Source: Lama glama (taxonomy: Eukaryota). From it: a stretch of 64,000 nt of DNA. Positions 49,590-61,950 of this stretch are shown piece after piece (the first letter of the stretch is position 1; every line of letters starts with the position of its first letter). A program made the position numbers and the translations under genes. The notes under the pieces are model-generated. The model was not told where the DNA came from, did not search any database, and saw only the letters and a list, made by a program, of their open reading frames with translations. The stretch is from NCBI GenBank assembly GCA_028534125.1, contig CM052816.1, positions 82,462,001 to 82,526,000 of the forward strand, in the 5' to 3' direction.

Positions 49590-50200
49590 ATGATTGGATA
49601 GCTTTTTTTTTTTTTTACTCTTCCTTTTCATTAACTCTCCATGTGAAATACATCTCAAAGTACTCTCCATTTTACTTTCTCAGTTATCTCTTGTATGAGT
49701 CCATCTGTACCGCCACTACCCCCTTCCCCCAGTACTGTCCCACTGGGCTTAAATCATTTCTCATCTATCTTATATGAAAATCTCTTGACCTTTTCTACTG
49801 TCCCATCCCAGCACACTTCCTGCCAAGCAGTCTTTCCAAAAATTACTTTGGAGATCTCATTTGAGTTCTCTGCATGCAATTACAGTTATTTCCACCTCTC
49901 TTGGCAAAAGTAAAGATCCTTCATGCGGTTAGTCTCCAGCCCTACTGAAATTTTTTTCAGGTCTTCAAACAAATCTTATTCTCTTGCCTTCCTGATGTCT
50001 TGATCTTTTGCACACAATAGTTTCTTTGGCTGCAAAACCCTCTTCTCTAATCCCACTGCCCCACCCACTTTCTGTCTCTTCTCAAGGCTCACTCATCCTT
50101 CAGGTCTCAGCCTCAAAAAGCCTTTGAAGCCCAGTTAGTTCCCAGCCCGTGTTCTCGCATGAAGCCTTCTGCTTCCCTTCTCACTCTTAGTCCATTGAAC
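49590..50200 (+). mobile_element. Degraded L2
   Basis: Pyrimidine-rich L2-like sequence (actcatccttcaggtctcagcc). Confidence 0.5.
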
Positions 50201-50212
50201 CATTATGGTTTC

Positions 50213-50349
50213 TTTTTAAAAATTTTTTTTTATTTCTACTTTTTTGGGGGGAAAATTAATTTATCTTCTTAATGGAGGAACTAGGGATTGAACCTAGGAC
50301 CTTGTGCCTGCTAAGCATACTTTCTGTCGCAGAGCTATGCCCTCCCACC
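50213..50349 (-). mobile_element. tRNA-Ala-derived SINE (Vic-1-like)
   Basis: Antisense gggattgaacctaggaccttgtgcctgctaagca...gagctat; T-rich tail; imperfect TSD ttatgg..tc. Confidence 0.85.
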
Positions 50350-53300
50350 TGTTATGGCATCTTGGCTGTGCCTTTCACCCTGTTGGAAATTCTGTGCAGT
50401 TAGACTCTACATTTTTTTCCTACCTTGTCCCTGATTCAGAGCACATAATTATTATTTATAAAATAAATTAATTCATAATAGTACTTCCTGAATAGTTTTG
50501 ATGGTTTCCTAACTTCTGCTTGGGACCGTCTCTCAGAGAGAAACTATTCCTTTAGGGAGGTAAAATTCTCTAATTTTTTTTCTATCAATGTTATGAGCTT
50601 TCTAAAATTATTAATTTGAAGTCTTTTTTTTTATCTTTCTCACACCTTTTTCTAGTATTTCAAACTACACACTCTTATGATCACTATCTTTCAAATTGTC
50701 TTTCTTGAGAAAAATGAGTCACTGATTTTTATGTGCACTGACAGGGACCTCAAATTGTTGCTTTTATTATGTGTAGCTCGTAGTGCCGTAGATTTATTTA
50801 ATTGGAAAAGTCCGTATGTGTGGTTTCTAATTCTGCTAATGTAATACTGTTGAGCCAAGGGGAGATATAGAAAAGTTTCAAAATTACTTGCCATTTCTAT
50901 TAATTAATAATTGGTTCAACTCTTTTTAGTAAAAATGCAATTTCCCTTTAATTGTGCTAATATCCCTCTGAATGTGGAGTGAAATAAGGTAAAAAGCTAT
51001 ATGGCATACTATTTTACAGAGAAAGCCTTGTACAAAAAAGTTTAGAAAATTAGTAACTGGTGCTTTGTCAGTATATGAAATGATTACTACCTCTCTAATC
51101 TAATTGATAATATTTTATATGATGGGAAAGTAAGATTAAAGTGACTGAAAGCTTCCGGTATGAGGGAGAAGAGGAGTAAGCTTAAATTACACAGCATTAA
51201 AGACAACAACTTATAGCAACACATTTTTTTCAGACTTGTATTTTATTAGTGAAATTTCACAATCCGCAAGAACATGAAATAGGATACTTACCTTTTCTAA
51301 ACTCACTGTACTAGGCTAAAGACAGAAATTCTCTTACAGAGGCATCTTTTTCTAACTTGAGATCCTAAAGGAAGGTGAATTTGAATTCATTGACCCCGAA
51401 TTCACTTATCAATAGCAATTGATAGATGAATGAAAAAGTATTAAGACATTGAGGTCATATACCTAGAGAAGCTGCATTCTTTGGCTTGTTTGGCAGACTA
51501 CTTGTCACTTGCCTCCTCGAATTCTTTTCTTTGTTCTGTTCACTAACCCCATTCTATCTACCAACTCTAATCTTTTTGTACTTACTTGTTAACCAATCTC
51601 TACTTACCTTATTCATCATACATGAAGTGGTCCCCTGTTTGGATATCAGCAGAGCCTCTCTTTTCTGTTCTTAAAGAGTAAGCCCCAGACAACTTTTTTC
51701 TGCTGTGTGGCTCTGCTCATCTGCCCTCATGGCCCTGATGTGCCTGATTTGTTGAACCTCTGTATGTTCAGTACTTACTACCATCGTTGTATACAGTGGA
51801 TGCTCAATTACTTTTGACTGAGTGTATAGGTGAATGACTGGATGCCTGACTCAAGCCGGGCTCATCAAATCCTCTCACTTGAAAATTACAACTGAGAAAC
51901 TTGTTGCTGAGAATTGGTGACTAAGTCACAGTAATTGTAGAACTCAAGAGGGAAAGAAACATCTACGAATTGCTAATGTTAAATTACCCACACCTGATCA
52001 GGTTCCTACTCCACTGAAGTGTGGTTACCCAGCTCTACTGCAGATTGTAAGGGGTATTCCAGCATGCATCTGGTTGTCTCTATTGTACAATTACTTTTCT
52101 TGCAACCACTAATCACGTACTCTCAGCTATCACTTTCATCTGCAAGTGTTTGTTTGAGTGTGCATGGGTAGCAATAAATTATACATACACACACATATAT
52201 GAGTATGTATAGTATTCCTCTAAATAAAGCAAACACCAATGAAGTATGTCAACTGCAATATTGTATCTGTTAATGCATGTTGTTTATCAACCTAGAATTA
52301 TACATAGATTTATTATTTTTTGTGTGTCTCTTGGCATCAGATATATGTGTATCTGGACATAAAAGTTAAAGAAGGCATATATTTAAAATTACTATAGATT
52401 AGATATGTGCAAATAGATGTGTTTAGGACAATGTGTGATGTTAGTGTAAACTACCATTTATTATATGCTCTCATTATGGGTTGAAAGCCATTGTGCTATT
52501 TTTTTAAATCTTTCTCATATTATGGAAGGGTTTTATTCTGCTCTTTATTTTGTGTTTGTGTCTCATTTTCATTAATTTAAAGATCTGTTTTTAAAAGGTA
52601 GTCTGATTGAAGAACAACAAAAAACAATGAGAAAAAAAATCAAGACTCTTTTGGCTACTTATGTTTTGCTTCTTCCTCTTCTCCTCCTCCATTAGTTGCA
52701 TTTGTCCTGGTTCATTGATCAAACGAGGCATTTTATGTTCAAAACATTTCTATTTAGTATTTCTTCCACTTGAGAGATGAAAGTATTAAATAGTCTCTGA
52801 TTTTGAGGCTTCCATTTCCCTTCTATTATATTTCCTGCATATTAAAACATCGTAGCCACTTTGACTAATGCCATTTTGATTAATCTTTCTTTAATACTAT
52901 AGACCCTTTTAAAACAATATTCTCAGTATGGTGATTATCAAATGATATTTGGATCTCTAATTTCTTGTTATTTTTCATAAGCTAGTAGTAGTGAAGAGAT
53001 AATAGATTACTCTAAATTTGTACTTCTTTCTAAAACAGAAACTTAAAATATTTCCAATAGTTATGAATATATAATTGTGAATGAGACTGGATACAGTTTT
53101 CCTTGTGTGAAGATGCTTTTAAGGTGTACAGAAGAGAAACTCAAAATTCGCTCAGGGCTTTTTGTAGGAGGTCTCATCCCAGGCTTGCTAATTATCCTGT
53201 AAGGGAAAGAAGCTCCAAGCAGCTGGATCCCCTATGACCTTGAATTCTAATTCCATTATTGCATTTTACTTTATATGAGGGATGGAATGACTACATTAGA

Positions 53301-55499
53301 ATTCAGGGTTTGATGCTAGAATTTTCCCATCTCTCGTCTCAGGAATATTGTGGGGTGTTTGTTTTCCCCAAACCTCAAAATATTCCAAAGATGATTTTTC
53401 AGTAGGGCAGAGAAAGGAATCATTTCAAGGGAACCGGCTTATGCTTTATGGTGGCAAATGGCTTCTCCCCTTGGAGAAATCTACCTCCACCAACACAGTT
53501 CCTAAAATGTCCTTTCTCCAGCATTGTCACAACCAGTCATCCTCTCCCCTCTCCATAAATCTACAAATTTCGGGGTTTTCTTTAGTAAGAAAAATCAAAT
53601 GTATCCTGCTGAAAGTATATCATAGATAAGTACTCTCCATTATATTTCTGCTAGTATGTTTACTAGAAGATCTAGTTAAGGGCCATATTTACAATGGCAT
53701 TTAACTGGAGTTATTCCTTACAGTTTTACCATTTTAGATAAGTTTCTGTTTCTTGGTTTCAGTTAGTTTATCATCATAGTCTATCTTCCTTTGTTGTCTT
53801 TTGGGGTATTCCAAGATGGGTCAGGAATTCAGGTCTTCAAAGTGAACCTGATAGTCTGAAAGGGGGTGAGGATGTTTCAAATGAAATAAGATTGACTGAG
53901 GTGCCAAATCATGGTAGTCTGTGATGTAGTTATGATCTGTCATTGTGCACGATTTCCTGTGCTATCATATAGTAAAAAGTTTGTTATACACTGGAGATGA
54001 CTGTACTGGAAATAGGTAAGAAATTCTAGTTTCTTCTTGGAGTTTATAAGACTATTTTCAAGTAAATGATTTCCTAAAGAAATGGCCCTTTGGTGAGATA
54101 CCAGGGAATAATGGAAATAGATTGAGAAAAATGCCACAAGCTTATTTTATTGATCATATTCCCATGAGTTTAAATGTAATTTTTAATTAGAGTGTATTAC
54201 CAAAAATACCTTTTTCTATTTATTTAAAAATATTGATCATATTTTGACCCTTTTAACTTACAGCAAGAGTGACACAGTCTGTGAAGGGTTTAGGAAAAAA
54301 ATCAATCTATGATCTGCCCTTGACATGATTAGCCAGTTATTTCCTGAATAAATGATAATAACACTGAGCAGATTAAGAGAGCTGGTGCTTTTTTCATATC
54401 AAATGTATCAACATTTAATTTACAAAACTGTTAAATTTTACAAAATACATTTGAAGAATCCACTACTGTTTTGCCATATTTAGTGATGTTGATTTTAGGA
54501 AAAGATGACCACATAAACATTGATACATTGATGAGTATATGTAAGGTATAGAATTGTTATGTTTATCCAAATGGTTTACTGCAATTATTATCTTTGCTTG
54601 ATAAACTAGAATAAAAATGGGCTTGTTATTGGCATTTACATGAGAAGTGTCAAAATTTTTTTATTGATTTACAATGTTGTATTAGTTTCAGGTGTATAAT
54701 ATAGTGATTCAACATTTTTATAGATTATAGTTATTATAAAATATTGGTTATATTCTCTGTAATATATTGAATCCTTGTATTTATTTTATATCTAGTACAT
54801 TGTACCTCTTAATCTCTATCCCCTGATCAAATCTTGCCCCTTCCCCCACCCCTCTCCTCACTGGTTTGTTCTATGTATCTATGAGCCTGTTTATTTTGTT
54901 ATATTCATTCATTTGTTTAATTTTTTTTTTAGATTCCACAAATAAATGAAAACAGAGCATTTGTCTTTCTCTGTCTGATTTACTTCAGTAAGCATAATAC
55001 CAGGTCCATCCATGTTGTTGAAAATGGCAAAATTCATTCATTTTATAGCTGAGTAATTTTCCATTGTATGTATATTCCACAGCTTCTTTATCCAGTCATC
55101 TTTTGATGAACATTTACGTTGCTTTCCACATTTTGACTATTGTAAATGCTGCTGCTATGAACATTGGGGTATATATATTTTTTTGAATTAGTTTCCTTTT
55201 ATTTGGATGTACACCCAGGAGTGGAATTGCTGGATCATATGGTAGTTCTATTTTTAATTTTTTGAGAAACCTCCTACTGTTTTCCATAGTGGCTGCATCA
55301 AATTACATTCCCATCAACAGTGAACTAAGGTTCCTTTTTCCCCACATCTTGGCCACAGTTATTATTTGTTATCTTTTTGATGACAGCCATGCTGCCAGGT
55401 TGTTTGGTAATATCTCATTGTGGATTTAACGTGCATTCTCTGAGAATTAATGATATTGAGCATCTTTTCATTAGCCTTTGGGCTATCTCTATGTCTTCC

Positions 55500-55621
55500 T
55501 TTTGGGGGGAGGGAGGTAATTTAATTAATTAATTAATTTTAATTGGAGGTACCAGGGATTGAACCCATGACTTCATGAATGCTAAGCATGCACTCTACAA
55601 TTTGAGCTATACCCTTCCCCA
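55500..55621 (-). mobile_element. Vic-1-like SINE nested in L1
   Basis: gggattgaacccatgacttcatgaatgctaagcatgcactctacaatttgagctataccc; duplicated L1 sequence ctatctctatgtcttc / ccatctggatgttttc forms the TSD. Confidence 0.88.
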
Positions 55622-58600
55622 CCATCTGGATGTTTTCTTTGGAAAAATGTCTATTCAGGTCTCCCACTCATTTTTAAATTTTTTTTGATGTTGAGTTTTA
55701 TGATCTGTTTGTACATTTTGGATATTAATCCCTTGTCAGTCACATTATTTGCAAATATCTTTTCATATTCAGTAGGTTGTCTTTCATTTTGTCTGTTTCC
55801 TTTCCTGTGCAAAAGCTTTTAAGTTTCATTATATCCTATTTGTTTATTTTTGCTTTTATTTCCTTTGCCTGAGGGACAGATCCAAAAAAGTATTACTAAA
55901 ACTATGTCAAAGAGTGTTTTGCTTATGTTTTCTTCTAGGAGTTTTGTAGTTTCTGGTCTTATATTTAGATTCATTTTGAGTTTACTTTTATATATGGTGT
56001 GAGAAAATGTTCTAATTTTATTCTTTTATAAGTATATGTCCAGTTTTCCCAACACCACTTATTGAAGAGACTGTCTTTTCCTCATTATATTTTTTGTCTC
56101 CCTTTATTATCGATTAATTGACCGTATGTGTGTGGATTTATTACTGGGCTCTCTATTCTCTCCTGTTGATCAGTGTGTCTGTTTTTGTTCCAGTACCATA
56201 CTGTTTTAATTACTCTAGTTTCGTAGTATAGTCTGAAGTCAGAGAGCCTGGAACCTCAGGTTTGTTCTTTTTTCTCAATATTGCTTTGGCTATTTGAGTT
56301 CTGTTTTGGTTTTGTTCATTTTAGGATTATTTGTTCTAGTTCTGTGAAAAAATGTCACAGGTATCTTGACAGGGATTGCTTAAATCTGTAGATTGCTTTG
56401 GGTAGGGGATACTTTTAACAATATTAATTCTTCTAATCCATGAACATGGGGTATTTTTTTCATTTATTTGTATCATTATCAGTTTCCTTTATCAATATCT
56501 TATCATTTTCAGAGTATAGGTCTTTCACCTCCTTAAGTTTATTTATTTCCAGACATTATATTCTTTTTGAGGCAGTTGTAAGTGGAATTGTTTTCTTGTT
56601 TTCTCCTGATAGTTCATCTGTTAGAAAAGCAACAGATTTTTGTATATTAATCTTATATTTTGCAACTTAACTGAATTCATTTATTAGTTCTAATAGGTTT
56701 TTTGGTGGAGACTTTAGGGTTTTCCGTATATATATATAGTATCATGTCATATGCAAATAGTGACAGTTTTACTTCTTTATTTCCAATTTGGATGCCTTTT
56801 CTTTCTTTTTCTTGTCTGATTGCTGTGGCTAGGACTTCCAATATAATATTAAGTAGAAATAGTGGATGTGGGCATCCTTGTACTTTTCTTGATTTTAGAA
56901 GAAAAAATTTCAGTTTTTCACTATTGTGTATGATGCCAGATAATTTTTCTGCATCTACTGAGATGGTCATGTGATTTTTATCCTTTATTTTATAAAGTGA
57001 CGTATCACATGAACTGATTTGTGGATATTGAATCATCTTTGCATCCCTGGAATAAATTCTGCTTGACCATGGTATATGATCCTTTTTACATACTGTTGGA
57101 TTCAGTTTGCTAATATTTTCTTGAGAATTTTTGCATCTATATTCATCAGAAATGTTGACTTGTACTTTTTTTTCAGTGTCTTTGCCTCATTTTGGTATTA
57201 GGGTGATTGTAGCCATGTAGAATTTGGAAGTATTCCCCCCTTTTCAATTTTTTGGAATAGTTTGAGAAATTGGTTATTAGTTCTTCTTTATGTGTTTGAT
57301 AGAATTCCCCCATGAAGCCATCTGGTCCTGGACTTTTGTTTGTTAGGAATTTAAAAATTACTGATTAAACTTCTATACTTGTAATTGGTCTGTTAAGATT
57401 ATGTATTTCTTTCTGATTCAATGTTGGAAGACTGTGTGTTTCTGGAATTTATCCATTTCTTCTAGATTATTCAACTTGTTGACATATAGCTGTTTATAGT
57501 AGTTTCTTATGGTTGTTTGTATTTCTGTGTTATGGGTTGTAATTTCTCCTCTTTCATTTTCTATTTTGTCTACATGGGTCCTCTCTCTTTTTTTCTTAGA
57601 GAACTTGGCTAAAGGTTTATCAATTTTGTTTATCTTTTCAAAAATCCAGCTCTTGGTTTCATTGATCTTTTCTGTTCTTGTTGTTTTTTTTTTTTTTTGG
57701 TCTCTATTTTATTTATTTCTTCTCTGATCTTTATTATTTCCTTCCTTCTGCTCCCTTTAGAATTTTCTACTTTAACTTTTGACATTTTAATTATGATGTA
57801 TCTTGGAGTGTGTCTCTTTGGGTCCATGTTATTTGGGACTCTGATTTCTCTACCCAGGTATTTGTTTCCTTCTTCATGTTCAAGAAGTTTTCAGCCATAA
57901 TTTTATCAAATACATTTTCTGCCCCTTTGTCTCTCTCTTTTGCTTCTGGGACTCCTATAATGCAAATGTTAGTTGGCTTGATGTCCTAGAGGCCCATTCA
58001 ACTATTCCAATTAAAAAAAAATCTTTTTCTGTTTGTTGTTCTAATTGGGTGCTTTTCATTATTCTATCTTCCAAATTACTTATGCATTCGTTTGTACCAC
58101 CTAATCTGCTGTTAATTCCCTCTAGTGTATTTTTCATTTCAGTTATTGTATTATTCAACTCTGACTGGTTCTTTTTTTAATACTTTCTAGTTCTTCATTA
58201 AAATTCTCACTCTGTTCATCTATTCTTTCCCCTGGTTCAGTTAGCATTCTTACTACTATTGCTTCGAACTCTTTATCAGGTAAGTTATTTATCTCTGTTT
58301 CATTACATTTTTTTCTTGTTCTTTCATTTGAATCATATTCCCCTGTCTTCATTTTTCTGTGTGTGCCCAGGTGGCTTTGGTGGGAGAACCGAATCTGAAG
58401 TGAACATGGGCTGCTTCTTCCACTGGGGTGTGCTGGCTGCCACGTAGCCTTGGTGGGAGGAGGTAGAGCTGGAGGTAGATGGGCTAGAGCCAGAGCCAGA
58501 TACTAGTCAGGGCATCACCTATGCTCAAGGAGCATCATCACTCTATTGGGAGTGGGGTTGGGGCCTGAGGAGCTAGAGGAAGAATCCTAAGAATGTGGGG

Positions 58601-58739
58601 TTTCTCCTAGGTTGGTGGTGGTCACTGCTTTGGTTTGGGATGTGGTTAGAGGCCTGAAGACTTGGGATTACACATTTGTGGTGCTTTGACTTTTCCCTAC
58701 TGTATCCCCTCACAACTGTTCCCAGGCATGGGGGCTCCA

Positions 58740-59215
58740 AAGATAGCAGTCTCTGCCCTGGAGTTAGCCTTGCTCCCTCCTGAGTGTGTGCACCCAAACA
58801 AGGGCTGGCTGGTGTGCAAGTCTTGGTTAGAGGCTGGGTTGGGGCCAGAAGAGTTGATGCCACAGTGCTGAGCTGGGCCCACCTCCCAAATATGCACAGG
58901 GACTTGTTTCTGGAATGGCAGTCTCTGCCCTGGAGCTAGCTTTAGTCCCATCTGAGAGTGCACAGTGACTGGCTCTCCTGTGATGGTGGTCTCCACCCTG
59001 GGACTAGCTTCACTCCTTTCTGAGTGCCTGCAGGGATGCATGCTGGCTGTGAAGATCTCCTCCCTGGAGCTAGTCTTGATCCCACCTAAGTGTGCGCACC
59101 AAAGTATGTGCTGGCAGTGGCTGCCTCCATGCCACTCAGAGACAGGGCCGGGGCTGAACCAACTGTTCCCTCCAAGTATGCACACTCTTGTTGGTATTGG
59201 CAGCCTCTGCCTTAG
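58740..59215. repeat. Imperfect tandem unit array in L1 5'UTR
   Basis: gcagtctctgccctggag at 58746 and 58918; variants at 58988, 59054 and 59200. Confidence 0.75.
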
Positions 59216-60459
59216 TGGGGAACAGCATTGGAGCAACAGGGGCTGGAGCAGGAATCCAGTGTGGGGTAGGGGGTGTGTTGGAGTGATCTTGGCAGGCTGG
59301 CCAGAGCCCCAGGCAGTTTCCAATATGCTGTTTCCACCCTGTGACTAGGAGTCAGCAAGTCTGTGTGCAAAGGAAAAAAAACAAATACTTAGGAAATTCA
59401 TCAAGATTGTTTTCTAACAGATAATTTATTATCCACTACTATAATGCATTGAAACTATTTCTGTGCTGGGAATCACAGGACTGCCGGTGGTGGTGGTGTG
59501 AGAGGTTTTTGTGTTTATGTGTGTATGTGCACCCCTGTGTGTGTGTAAACACATTCAGGGAGTATTTGTTTAGTCCACTTTAATGTTATCACAGCTAACA
59601 TTTGTGTATGTTTGTTTTCTTTATCTCAGCTCTAGTAAATCCATGAAAAACAGATGAAAGCCAAATCTTTCATTATTTCTAAATCCCTGATTATGACATG
59701 TTTCTCCTAAAATGTGTCCCCAAAGAGTGAGAGAAACATCTGTAACTACATGCAGGTTATGTTGTAGACCCCTCCGTAGCATTTTGTCCATATGGAGCTT
59801 AATTCTGTAAACTACCTATAACTAGGTACAAAATTCAGACAGAAAATAGCAATTTATCATAAGTACCCAGCTGGTTTCTTCCTCTAAGTGGTTATTTCCT
59901 AATCTGAAATCCAGCCCATTCAGTGCCCACTTACATTTTTGAGCTATAAAATCAATAATAAATAGCAAGAACATTCCCTTAAGAGATTAGCCATGCATTC
60001 CAATGGGAAGAACAAATGAAGGGCAATGCCATAGAACTGTGTGCTTGGAATTCAACGTAGGAAATAAAATATGGAAAAATGAGAGTGCTCCTTTAATCCA
60101 GTTGATCAATAATGCAATGTAAGATTTGTTTAAAATTCCTCCTGAATCCAGAAATGCTCTTTAAAAGCACATTTTTAGAGAAATATGTTTTTAATTAGTA
60201 TAAACATAGTAAGAGTTTTTGAATATTTTACTGACTTATTGATCTTCCTTTAACATAATTGAAACTGATCAGTTCAAACTACACATTTTGAGCCCTCTTC
60301 AAGTTGAAGGCTTGAAATCTGTCTTAGAATATTGATACATTGCTCTCTGAGAAAGTGCATTATTAATTTCAAATTCATATCCAATATAACTCTGCTATGT
60401 AGAAATATTTCAACCCAAGATAATCAGTTTCTCAGCTGGCTTAACTATTTTTGAATATA

Positions 60460-60605
60460 AGTGTATGTATGTTACATGTTTGAGAGTATATATGTATTTA
60501 TATACATACCTATATATACAAGTATACATGTACACTATATAAATAATATATAAACTTAAATAAACATATATAAAAATACATATATACATAAATACACACA
60601 CATAT
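60460..60605. repeat. AT/AC low-complexity dinucleotide tract
   Basis: Degenerate (TA)n/(CA)n. Confidence 0.8.
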
Positions 60606-60864
60606 AAAATTTAGCATAAATTATTCAATGATAGGATATCACCTTTCTCTCATGTCCTTATATCCAGTTTATTCTTTCCCCATAAGTGTACTAATAGGAA
60701 AATGAAATAATCCATTATGTTTTCTATGATTCTACTCTTTATAATAGTATATATAATAAGATATCATAAAGCCCTTTGTCTCTCAAGGGCTAGCAAATCA
60801 GTTAGCAAACATAAACATATTAAAAATGCAAGACTGCTATGTAGAAATATATAGAAATAGGAAA

Positions 60865-61070
60865 ATCATAGTCAAAAAGTACCAATGCTGTTTCACTGAA
60901 TTCTTACCACCACTCTAGGAAGTAGTTATTACTAATTTCAACTTAGAGATACGACATTCATCCAGAAATTAATTTAACTAGGATCACCTTTCTGCTATAT
61001 AGCTCATTGAATATTTGAACTCAAATATGGGCAATTCTAAAGCCCTTATTTTTTCATTATATAATGCTGA
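60865..61070 (-). mobile_element. MIR SINE
   Basis: tttcactgaattcttaccaccactctaggaagtagttattact...atttgaactcaaat...ttctaaagcc. Confidence 0.6.
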
Positions 61071-61714
61071 CTTCCATAATAAAAATCGATACAATAAAGT
61101 TAAATATATTGGAAAACAGCCAGTAATTAAAGGACAGTTGAAATTATACAATAGAAAATAAATTACTCATCTCTTGAACAGTTTGTGACATTTTCATAAA
61201 AAAGGAAAAATTTGATTATGTCTTAAAAATTAGGTTAGGCCTTGAAGAAAAGAGTGTGTTAATGGGCAAAATTTGGAAGGTGGAAAGGCACAAGATATGT
61301 GTAAGGAAGACTAGAAGAGAAGAAAAATTCAGCTAGAATGTAAGATCCAAGAGGATCAGAGTTTGAAGATATTGTTGAACATGTTGATTACAGTCAAATT
61401 CAAAGGGACTTGAAAATCAGTTCATGAGGGTTGAATGATATCTTGGCATGTAGAAAACACTCAATAATTTTTTGATTGAATGAATTAACTAATAATGTAG
61501 GCAACAGGAAGTGTTGATGGTTTTTAATGTAGAAGCATGGTATGATGACAATATTGCTTCATAATCATATTTCTGATGGCATTATTCTGAGGGACTTCTA
61601 AGCATGAGATAATGGCAGAAGAATTTAAAAGAATGGATAGATAAATGACATGTTTAGAGGTTGTATTCAGGAGTCAATGTTCTGGGTCTCTGAAATGGAA
61701 TAATTTATTAAATA

Positions 61715-61950
61715 CTATTTAAAAACATGTATTGAACACCTACTAGATGCCATGTAAACAAAAGGGGACAGAGTTACAGAACTCTGGGGAAAAGATACAA
61801 GAACATAAGAAAGTGAGTGTTTAACCATGAAATTAGGAGTAATAGATGTCGTACATTTGAATTTAATAGAATTCACCTTGAATGAGTATTGAACTTGTTC
61901 AAAGGGTGCATATGGCAAAGTAGGAGACATCTGTTTTCTAGAGAATACAC
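61715..61950 (-). mobile_element. L2 3' end, antisense
   Basis: aaacatgtattgaacacctactagatgcc...ctctgggga aaagataca. Confidence 0.55.

Larger units (their letters stand above)
54655..59369 (-). mobile_element. L1 with 5'UTR, partial ORF1 and internal ORF1-ORF2 deletion, 5'-truncated
   Basis: ORF1 relics (MNNTITEMKNTLEGINSRL; DPKRHTPRYIIIKMSKVK), ORF2 RT relic ([18 protein letters not shown]...LFAYDMILY), 3' poly-T near 54655. Confidence 0.92.

Noticed and set aside
58740..59215. CRISPR-like repeat-spacer array
   Set aside because: Degenerate units with homologous intervening sequence, inside a mammalian L1, and no cas genes
58697..59348. 208-aa and antisense 127-aa ORFs as a novel protein or ORF0-like gene
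   Set aside because: They lie in the GC-rich repetitive L1 5'UTR where stops are rare, start at non-ATG codons and show no recognisable domain
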